39,722 nt of DNA, from IMG/VR virus record IMGVR_UViG_3300009603_000006; one strand, given 5' to 3'. Shown one piece after another: positions 7,319-12,683 of this stretch. The notes below the pieces were generated by a model. The model ran no database searches, was not told the origin of the DNA, and saw only the letters and a program-made list of their open reading frames with translations. The position numbers were made by a program, and so were the translations under genes. Every line of letters starts with the position of its first letter. Position 1 is the first letter of the stretch. Source of the DNA: a virus.

Positions 7319-7950
7319 GCTGCCATCTCCTTTTTCCGCTCTTTCTCGATGATCTTGATTCGTGCCAGGCTCAGCATTACATCGAAGCCTTCCGCCGGCA
7401 GACCTTCTGTCTGGTAAAGCTTGTTCATCACCGCGTTCTCTGCCCGGCTAATCGCCGCCAGGTTGTCAGGGCTTACGTTCGTCTGGTCTCCATCGCGGAA
7501 ACGGACTACCCAGCCCTCTGGCAGGGGCCCATTGCGCTCTTCCCACACCAGCACATGCACGAACTTCCAGTTCTGGTAGGCCTTGCCCTTGGGGGCATCG
7601 TCCCGCACCTTGCGCTTGCGGTATCCGTAGCTATCAACCACCTCGGTGCCCACCGGAACGGTGTTGTGTGGCTTTGAGCCGGGCTTGAACTGGCTTTCCT
7701 TGATGCGGCCGCCGGGCTGATAATGCAGGCCCTTGTTCCAGCTCACCTGACCCTTCGTGAAGCACCCCGGCTTCGTTGCCAGATACTCCTGGGCCTTCTT
7801 CAGCCCCAGGGTGGCGGCCCGGTTCTTGATGGCCGCATAGCTACGGTTCATCATTCGGCAGATAACGCGGTTGCTGGTGCTGGGGTACAGCTCCGTTAAC
7901 CAGGCATCTTCCCGGGCTGTCCACTGGCGAAGGTCGTTTCGGCGTGCCAC
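7315..7950 (-). CDS. HNH_3-like domain protein with Myb/SANT-like N-terminus; catalytic His apparently lost
   Basis: The N-terminus is WTAREDAWLTELY...SYAAIKNRAATLGL. The C-terminal FVHVLVWEERNGPLPEGWVVRFRDGDQTNVSPDNL aligns to the HNH_3 pattern, with F where the H of H-x-D-G-N is expected. Confidence 0.6.
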   Translation of the reverse strand: MARRNDLRQWTAREDAWLTELYPSTSNRVICRMMNRSYAAIKNRAATLGLKKAQEYLATKPGCFTKGQVSWNKGLHYQPGGRIKESQFKPGSKPHNTVPVGTEVVDSYGYRKRKVRDDAPKGKAYQNWKFVHVLVWEERNGPLPEGWVVRFRDGDQTNVSPDNLAAISRAENAVMNKLYQTEGLPAEGFDVMLSLARIKIIEKERKKEMAA

Positions 7951-7953
7951 GGT

Positions 7954-8193
7954 TTAGCCCCCAGCCTTGGTTTCCAGAAGTTTCGGCAGCTTGTAGTGGC
8001 CCTGGTAGTTCATCCGGTGCTGCTCTGCAGCAAGCACCAGCCGGCCGTTGGAGATGATTTCTTTGCTCACCTCTGTCATGGCGTGAGCGCGCATCATTTC
8101 CGATTCCAGGTCTTCGCCTTTCACTTCCGGATTATTCAGGCGCGCCAGCTGGTCCAGCAGGGCGTTGTTGAGGTCAACCATTGGGCTTGTCAT
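7954..8193 (-). CDS. Hypothetical early protein
   Basis: The ATG at 8193 is preceded by GGAGGA at good spacing. The listed upstream extension is unlikely. Confidence 0.6.
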   Translation of the reverse strand: MTSPMVDLNNALLDQLARLNNPEVKGEDLESEMMRAHAMTEVSKEIISNGRLVLAAEQHRMNYQGHYKLPKLLETKAGG

Positions 8194-8479
8194 TGCTCGA
8201 ATCCTCCATAGATTCACGTTCGATCTGTTCCAGCAGCAGATCCGCATTCCGGATAGCTGCCTGATAGGCGTTCAGTGAGCTGGCGGCCATCTTTGCCAGC
8301 CCGGTCAGGTTCTTCAGGGTTTGGTGCAGCTCGTTGGCATAGCGCACCTTGGCGGTCTCTACTCGCATGGGGATAACAAAACCATCGGCCCGCTCAACGC
8401 ACCAGTCAGCCTGGTTCTTTGTGAGGAACAGCCCGCCGATCTGGCCGCTGTTGTGCGCCCATGCCCATGCATCAGCCAT
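8174..8479 (-). CDS. Hypothetical early protein
   Basis: The start is trimmed to MADAWAWAHNSGQ (ATG 8479, GGGAGAAG RBS). Confidence 0.6.
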   Translation of the reverse strand: MADAWAWAHNSGQIGGLFLTKNQADWCVERADGFVIPMRVETAKVRYANELHQTLKNLTGLAKMAASSLNAYQAAIRNADLLLEQIERESMEDSSNDKPNG

Positions 8480-8660
8480 GGCGCTTCTCCCGTTGCTTGC
8501 GCTGGTGGATTTCCTCCCGGTCAATGGCAACACCTGCCGGGGCTTCAAAGCCCAGGCGCACACGCTTGGTTCCGATCTGGGTTACCGCAACGCGGATTTC
8601 GGGCCCCGCTGGCGGGGTAATCACAACGGTTTCGCCTTCAAACCGGGTAAGCATCAGCAT
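8472..8660 (-). CDS. csrA: CsrA/RsmA-family RNA-binding post-transcriptional regulator homolog
   Basis: MLMLTRFEGETVVI...IRVAVTQIGTKRVRLGFEAPAGVAIDREEIHQRK aligns to E. coli CsrA MLILTRRVGETLMIG...[21 protein letters not shown]. This includes the LTR, GxxxVRxG and REEI motifs. An AAGGAG RBS lies 8 nt upstream of the ATG at 8660. Confidence 0.8.
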   Translation of the reverse strand: MLMLTRFEGETVVITPPAGPEIRVAVTQIGTKRVRLGFEAPAGVAIDREEIHQRKQREKRHG

Positions 8661-8797
8661 CAGTTCAACTCCTTTTCGATGTGCTTTTTGTCGATCCACT
8701 TGGCCAGTTCGTAGCAGGCCACCCAGGCAGCCACCGCCAGTGTGGGAATACCGACCACCAGAAGGTCAGTGAGCATGTTGTAGTCACCTGCGTTCAT
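8660..8797 (-). CDS. Unlisted 45-aa single-pass membrane peptide (MNAGDYNMLTDLLVVGIPTLAVAAWVACYELAKWIDKKHIEKELN)
   Basis: It has an ATGA overlap with the upstream stop and a TGATG overlap with the csrA-like start. The hydrophobic core is about 19 aa. It is below the ORF-track cutoff. Confidence 0.5.
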   Translation of the reverse strand: MNAGDYNMLTDLLVVGIPTLAVAAWVACYELAKWIDKKHIEKELN

Positions 8798-9021
8798 GCT
8801 GGCAGTTCCTCCCAGCGCTCAGCGCCGTCGTAATCGTTGCCGCCCTTGGCGATCCACTTGCTTCCGTTGTCGTCGATGGCCACGCAGCCAGGCATCCACC
8901 CGCCCGGGTTATCCAGGTGTCGGGTCCAGCCGCCCACCTCGCCGTTGCAGACGATGGTGTAGCCACCTTGGTAGCCGCGCTCCGCGAGAAACTCTTTGAT
9001 CTGCTCTTTCAGGCTTTTCAT
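8794..9021 (-). CDS. Hypothetical small protein
   Basis: The start is trimmed to MKSLKEQIKEF (ATG 9021, ATGA overlap with the upstream stop). Confidence 0.6.
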   Translation of the reverse strand: MKSLKEQIKEFLAERGYQGGYTIVCNGEVGGWTRHLDNPGGWMPGCVAIDDNGSKWIAKGGNDYDGAERWEELPA

Positions 9022-9224
9022 GCTGCCCCCGGTCCTGGCTGATTGATTTGGCGAGGCCTTGCGGGCAATCGGCGCACGTTGCCCCGCTCCCTCGGCACCA
9101 CTTTGTAAGTGGCGTTTGGGGCGTAACTGATCTCGCAACCGAACTTGTCTGCCAGCTCCTGCAGGGCTGGGTCCAGATCGGCAAAGGCAATGTGCGCAGG
9201 AAACTCAACAGTGATCGCTGCCAT
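9018..9224 (-). CDS. Hypothetical small protein
   Basis: The start is trimmed to MAAITVEFPAH, with an AAGGAG RBS 7 nt upstream of the ATG at 9224. Confidence 0.6.
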   Translation of the reverse strand: MAAITVEFPAHIAFADLDPALQELADKFGCEISYAPNATYKVVPRERGNVRRLPARPRQINQPGPGAA

Positions 9225-9235
9225 GGTGGTGCTCC

Positions 9236-9625
9236 TTATGCGTAGGTGCCGCGGATCGCGGTGCGGCCGATGGTGTTCTGGGTAACGGGAGGGCGGCCGC
9301 CACTGATGGGTGTGGGCCGGCTGCGCATGGCAGGGAGCATGGCGAAGGCCATCAACGCCCATGCAAGGGTGCGGGCCCGGAACAGGCCCTGCATCCAGCC
9401 TTGGGAAATCAGGTCTACCCTGCTGTGCGCGTGAAACTGGTCTTTGGCCTCGTCGAGGTGCCAGTTAACGGTGTCTGGTGAGATATCGAGCAAGCGGCCA
9501 ATCTCTTTGGCGCTCATGCCCCGGGCCGCCAGCATGACAACTTCGGCGCGGCGAGGCGGAAGCAGTGTGGTATCCGCCAGCTCAACGGTCATTCGGGTGT
9601 AATGTGGTTTCTGTCTTCTGCCCAT
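9236..9625 (-). CDS. GerE/LuxR-type HTH protein with hydrophobic C-terminal tail; first gene of the leftward early operon
   Basis: LPPRRAEVVMLAARGMSAKEIGRLLDISPDTVNWHLDEAKDQF is a classic LuxR/GerE HTH. It is followed by TLAWALMAFAMLPAM and a Pro/Arg-rich tail. A GGGAG RBS is present. Confidence 0.75.
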   Translation of the reverse strand: MGRRQKPHYTRMTVELADTTLLPPRRAEVVMLAARGMSAKEIGRLLDISPDTVNWHLDEAKDQFHAHSRVDLISQGWMQGLFRARTLAWALMAFAMLPAMRSRPTPISGGRPPVTQNTIGRTAIRGTYA

Positions 9626-9658
9626 GGTGTTGTCTCCCTGATCAACGACTATGGGTAA

Positions 9659-9688
9659 AGATTACCTCTGAGTAAACATTCAGGTCAA
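9659..9688 (-). promoter_or_regulatory. Leftward early promoter (PL-like): TTGACC-18 nt-TAATCT
   Basis: On the minus strand the -35 TTGACC is at 9688-9683 and the -10 TAATCT at 9664-9659. This lies about 35 nt upstream of the first leftward gene. Confidence 0.55.
9661..9676. promoter_or_regulatory. Operator OL: aTTAC-CTCTGA-GTAAa
   Basis: TTAC-N6-GTAA inverted repeat overlapping the -10 and spacer of the PL-like promoter. The same architecture occurs at two sites in the cI/cro intergenic region. Confidence 0.55.
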
Positions 9689-9713
9689 CACCTACAGGTA
9701 ATTTTTTTGATAA

Positions 9714-9733
9714 TTTTCGTGACGTCACGAAAA
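9714..9733. promoter_or_regulatory. Perfect 20-bp palindrome TTTTCGTGAC|GTCACGAAAA upstream of the PL-like promoter
   Basis: Exact inverted repeat 26-45 bp upstream of the -35, separated from it by an A/T-rich tract. A related copy lies at 11455-11473. Confidence 0.5.
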
Positions 9734-9774
9734 AGATGGCCTGAAGGCGGCGCCACCACCTTCCTCCAGGCAAC

Positions 9775-9796
9775 AAAAAACCCGCACGTGGCGGGC
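9775..9796 (-). terminator. Rho-independent terminator of the repressor gene
   Basis: On the minus strand, a GC stem CCCGC/GCGGG (loop 5 nt) is followed by TTTTTTGTTG. It lies 33 nt downstream of the repressor stop. Confidence 0.7.
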
Positions 9797-9828
9797 TTCT
9801 AGCTTCTTGAGGGGCGTGAGCTGGCGGA

Positions 9829-10659
9829 TTATCTCAGAACAGACCACCAGAAAACGCGGCCGATAATCCGGACGCTCTCAGCCATTTCATGGGGAGGGAC
9901 TTCCTCTACGGGGTGTTCAGTAGAATTCTGGCTCACGATCTTTATGCCGCCCCCAGGACGCCGGTGCAGGTACTTCACACGCAACATGCCGCCATGGTCG
10001 ATGACGTAGATTTCGCCGTCCTTTATGGATTTATCCGCCGTATTCACCCCTACACAGGTGCCATCAGGCATTATCGGCTCCATGGAGTTCCCGCGAACTA
10101 CTGCACAAGCTGCCGCTTCCGCCGGGACGCCAACACGGCGCAGAGTTGATTTCGAAAATCGAAGCTTGGGGCCTTTAACCTCATCTACGCGTGATGCACC
10201 CATGCCGGCCGCCAACTCCACTTCTTGGAAGAAAGGTACCTCCACCTCGTCATCGCTTAATGGCGTCTTGCTGTCCCAGAGCTTTGGGGGAGGGATAAAG
10301 TCCAGCTCATCATCAAACATATCCAGGCTGAGGTCATCGCCACGATTTTTCGGCGCTCCCCCTGCACCCATGATTTCACAGGAATCGGCTTGCCGTTCCA
10401 TGACCATCATTGGCTCTCTGACTGGCTTCAGGGTGTAGTCTGGGGCGCGGTTGTCTCGGTCAAGCCAGCCCTCTCCGAGCTTGAGCTTAGCCTCAATCTC
10501 CCGGGCCAGCTTTTCGCCGAGCCTTTTTGACCCGCCAAGAACCCTTGAGATGTAGTCAGGCTGACGATCGATCGCATCGGCTAGCCGGCGCTGCCTCCCC
10601 TCGAATGAGTCTTCGATCAGCTTGGCAAGGTTGTCTCTTCTAGTTTCATAAATGTCCAT
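9829..10659 (-). CDS. CI/LexA-like prophage repressor (N-terminal HTH, C-terminal S24 peptidase)
   Basis: The HTH region is RQRRLADAIDRQPDYISRVLGG. The Ala-Gly cleavage-type site is ELAAGMG. The S24 motifs are VVRGNSMEP (Ser) and LRVKYL (Lys). The start is uncertain: ATG 10659 is preferred because longer starts (10725, 10752) would run into the operator/cro start. Confidence 0.85.
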   Translation of the reverse strand: MDIYETRRDNLAKLIEDSFEGRQRRLADAIDRQPDYISRVLGGSKRLGEKLAREIEAKLKLGEGWLDRDNRAPDYTLKPVREPMMVMERQADSCEIMGAGGAPKNRGDDLSLDMFDDELDFIPPPKLWDSKTPLSDDEVEVPFFQEVELAAGMGASRVDEVKGPKLRFSKSTLRRVGVPAEAAACAVVRGNSMEPIMPDGTCVGVNTADKSIKDGEIYVIDHGGMLRVKYLHRRPGGGIKIVSQNSTEHPVEEVPPHEMAESVRIIGRVFWWSVLR

Positions 10660-10678
10660 GGCAAAAGGATATTGCCAA

Positions 10679-10694
10679 GTTACTCCTTGGTAAA
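10679..10694. promoter_or_regulatory. Operator OR1: gTTAC-TCCTTG-GTAAa
   Basis: TTAC-N6-GTAA inverted repeat in the 84-bp divergent intergenic region. Confidence 0.55.
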
Positions 10695-10705
10695 TGTCCT
10701 GAGTC

Positions 10706-10734
10706 TTGACAAAAGCGTTACCCATGGGTAACCA
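10706..10734 (+). promoter_or_regulatory. Rightward early promoter (PR-like): TTGACA-17 nt-TAACCA
   Basis: A consensus -35 lies at 10706-10711 and a weak -10 at 10729-10734. The predicted start is only a few nt before the cro-like ATG, giving a near-leaderless transcript. Confidence 0.45.
10717..10732. promoter_or_regulatory. Operator OR2: perfect 16-bp palindrome GTTACCCATGGGTAAC
   Basis: Exact palindrome (TTAC-N6-GTAA) overlapping the spacer and -10 of the PR-like promoter. Confidence 0.65.
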
Positions 10735-10742
10735 TTGCGGGC

Positions 10743-10994
10743 ATGGACTCATTACGTAATTACCTCAATAGCATGCCGAGGTCTGAGCAAGAGCTGTTTG
10801 CGGCGAATTGCCGGACATCTCTTGGCTACCTCCGAAAGGCGATCTCTACCAAGCAGCAGCTTGGGATTGAGCTCGTTGTTCGCCTTCACAAGCAATCTCA
10901 AGGTGCCGTAAAGGCATCGGACGTTCGTCCTGATGTTGACTGGTCCGAGTTCATCTATGTGCTGCCTAGTTCATCTCCTGAAGAGGCCGCCTGA
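10743..10994 (+). CDS. Cro/YdaS-like HTH regulator
   Basis: It is divergent from the repressor. ...LGYLRKAISTKQQLGIELVVRLHKQSQGAVKASDVRPDV matches the remembered YdaS/Cro-type pattern (HTH followed by ...RPD...). Confidence 0.7.
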   Translation: MDSLRNYLNSMPRSEQELFAANCRTSLGYLRKAISTKQQLGIELVVRLHKQSQGAVKASDVRPDVDWSEFIYVLPSSSPEEAA

Positions 10995-11029
10995 TGGTTT
11001 CCATTAAGCCACACCAGGACAAGGTAAAT

Positions 11030-11057
11030 ACCCGCCTGACTGCGGGTGGTTATTTGT
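11030..11057 (+). terminator. tR1-like terminator/attenuator just after cro
   Basis: Stem ACCCGC/GCGGGT with a 6-nt loop, followed by GGTTATTTGT (an imperfect U-tract). Confidence 0.45.
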
Positions 11058-11454
11058 ACAGGGTTTGACCCGGCGCGAGCTGCAGCGCTCTGAAAAGCAG
11101 CCGGTAAAGCTGGCCAGGCGAAAGCCAAGGTGCCGACATTGCAGCTGGGGATTGGGTCCCGGCGATAGAACGCCAGCAGACTGAGGCAAAGGTTTCTCAC
11201 AACCACCGCCCCGCCGATCAGTCCGTGTGGCTCCCGTAAGGAGCCGGTATCTGGAAGGGCTCAGAAAAGCAGAAGGGAATGGCCGTGTTTGAGCGGTGCC
11301 CGCGAAGTAAGAGCCCTTCGCAGATGCCTTTCGGGCTGGCGGACTGCCGGCCGCTGTAAGGGTTGGGCGTTCCCGGCCGAGGCATCAACAGCGATGACAA
11401 GCTGCATGTAGCCCTGGGCCATGGCTGAAAACTGGCCTGACACTAATTCGATAG
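11058..11454 (+). other. ORF-free, hairpin-dense ~0.4-kb region (candidate structured RNA / cis-regulatory leader or decayed gene)
   Basis: No plus-strand ORF of 60 aa or more exists, and stops occur in all plus frames. The minus-strand ORFs have junk-like Arg/Pro/Cys-rich composition. There are multiple 5-7-bp GC stems and a duplicated 14-nt motif (11087-11100 / 11259-11272). Confidence 0.4.
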
Positions 11455-11473
11455 CGTGACACGTCACGAAAAA
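11455..11473. promoter_or_regulatory. Second copy of the CGTGAC..GTCACGAAAAA element, 24 bp upstream of rusA
   Basis: CGTGAC-AC-GTCACGAAAAA compares with CGTGAC-GTCACGAAAAA at 9718-9734. The half-sites and A-tract are identical, and the spacer is 2 nt longer. Confidence 0.45.
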
Positions 11474-11496
11474 CAAAACCGGACAGCGGAGCAGTC

Positions 11497-11871
11497 ATGC
11501 CGGAGCCCAGAACACTAGAGTTTCCCTTTCCTCCTTCGGTGAACCACTACTGGCGTCACACGATTGTGAACAAGCGCCACAGGGTGCTCATCAGCAAGAA
11601 GGGCCGGGAATACCGCTCTGCCGTTCGGAGGTTCGTCGGTTTGGGCTGCAAGCCTATGGCGGGCCGGCTGGCAGTGTCGATTGAGGCATTCCCACCAGAC
11701 CGCCGAAAGCGGGACCTGGACAACATGCTGAAGGCGCTGCTGGACAGTATGACCCATGCCGGGATCTGGCATGACGACGATCAGATCGATGAAGTGCGAA
11801 TTGTTCGAAGGGAGGCTACCGCTGGCGGAATGATGCGGGTGGTGGTTTCGGAGGTTGGGCCAGAGGCCTGA
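11497..11871 (+). CDS. rusA: RusA-family Holliday junction resolvase
   Basis: LEFPFPPSVNHYWRH...KGREYR...DLDNMLKALLDSMTHAGIWHDDDQI carries the RusA signature (PPS-N-x-Y, catalytic Asp cluster). A GGAG RBS is present. Confidence 0.85.
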   Translation: MPEPRTLEFPFPPSVNHYWRHTIVNKRHRVLISKKGREYRSAVRRFVGLGCKPMAGRLAVSIEAFPPDRRKRDLDNMLKALLDSMTHAGIWHDDDQIDEVRIVRREATAGGMMRVVVSEVGPEA

Positions 11872-11939
11872 AAAAAGAAAACCCGGCTCAAACGCTGGTG
11901 GAACAGCTCGCCGGGTTAATCACTCAAGAGGTAAAGATT

Positions 11940-12683
11940 ATGACTGATCTTATTACTACCAGCAAGAACGACCAGCTCACAATGTCGAGCCGACAGATTG
12001 CCGAAGTGGTGGAATCTCGCCATGACAGCGTGAAGCGCACCATGGCGACTCTCTCATTGAAGGGCGTAATCACGGTTACACAGACAGTGGAACCGACTCC
12101 AGGCGGCGGCAAGCCGGTCACGATCTACCACGTTAACAAGCGTGATAGCTATGTAGTTGTCGCACAACTCTCCCCCGCATTCACCGCCCGCCTGGTTGAT
12201 CGCTGGCAGGAGCTGGAAGAAAACGCCGCTTTGCCAGCCTGGGTCCGCAACCTGAGCCAGTCTGCCCGCATCGCTTTGGAAGACCTGAGCTCGCAGGTTG
12301 AGCACTACAAGGGCGAAACCGACCGTCTGAACGCTGTGTGCAATGAGCTGGCCGAGAACCTAAAGGCGGGGCTAACTCCTGTCGAATTCTGCCGGATGCT
12401 GAACGGCGTAAATCTGAACCGCGTTCAGCCCGATTTGGTTGATCGCAAGCGCCTACTCAAGACTGACTACGGCTATCGAAGCGCTGCCGCCTACCGTGAC
12501 AAGCTGTTCACAGAGCGCCGTTACTTCAACGCCGAGGGCAGGCCCTGCGAGAAAGTGATTCTCACCCAAAAGGGCGCGAAGTGGCTTTACTCGCAGTATG
12601 AGCAGGGAAAACTCAGCATGCGTAAGGAATGGGACGGTCAGTTTACACATGTGCTTTTCGATACCGAGGTAGCGCCAGCATGA
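11940..12683 (+). CDS. Rha-family phage regulatory protein with KilAC/antirepressor-like C-terminal domain
   Basis: The N-terminal SSRQIAEVVESRHDSVKRTMATL matches the Rha-domain pattern. The start is trimmed to the ATG at 11940. Confidence 0.65.
   Translation: MTDLITTSKNDQLTMSSRQIAEVVESRHDSVKRTMATLSLKGVITVTQTVEPTPGGGKPVTIYHVNKRDSYVVVAQLSPAFTARLVDRWQELEENAALPAWVRNLSQSARIALEDLSSQVEHYKGETDRLNAVCNELAENLKAGLTPVEFCRMLNGVNLNRVQPDLVDRKRLLKTDYGYRSAAAYRDKLFTERRYFNAEGRPCEKVILTQKGAKWLYSQYEQGKLSMRKEWDGQFTHVLFDTEVAPA

Noticed and set aside
9681-9700. lux-box-like sequence (…ACCTACAGGT) next to the LuxR-type gene
   Set aside because: Only the right half resembles the lux-box ACAGGT end. The left half of a 20-bp dyad is absent, and the segment is better explained as the -35 region of the PL-like promoter.
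10751-10760. ATTACGTAAT perfect 10-bp palindrome with TTAC/GTAA halves just inside the cro-like gene, as a possible third operator
   Set aside because: The half-sites abut (N0) instead of the N6 spacing shared by the three other sites. It lies in coding sequence downstream of the promoter. It is kept only as something to test in footprinting.
11086-11126. A full lambda-type N/nut antitermination system (boxA CGCTCTGA plus a nearby GAAA-loop hairpin as boxB)
   Set aside because: No N-like Arg-rich protein is encoded at the PL-proximal position. No matching element exists in the ~25-nt PL leader, and the candidate boxB stems are only 3-4 bp. The resemblance is reported as a hint only, inside the spacer finding.
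10955-11476. Four minus-strand ORFs (60-83 aa) in the cro-rusA spacer
   Set aside because: Their composition does not look like protein (Cys/Pro/Arg/Gly/Ser-rich). They have no SD sequences and overlap one another in different frames. The region is treated as non-coding instead (see the finding at 11030-11496).
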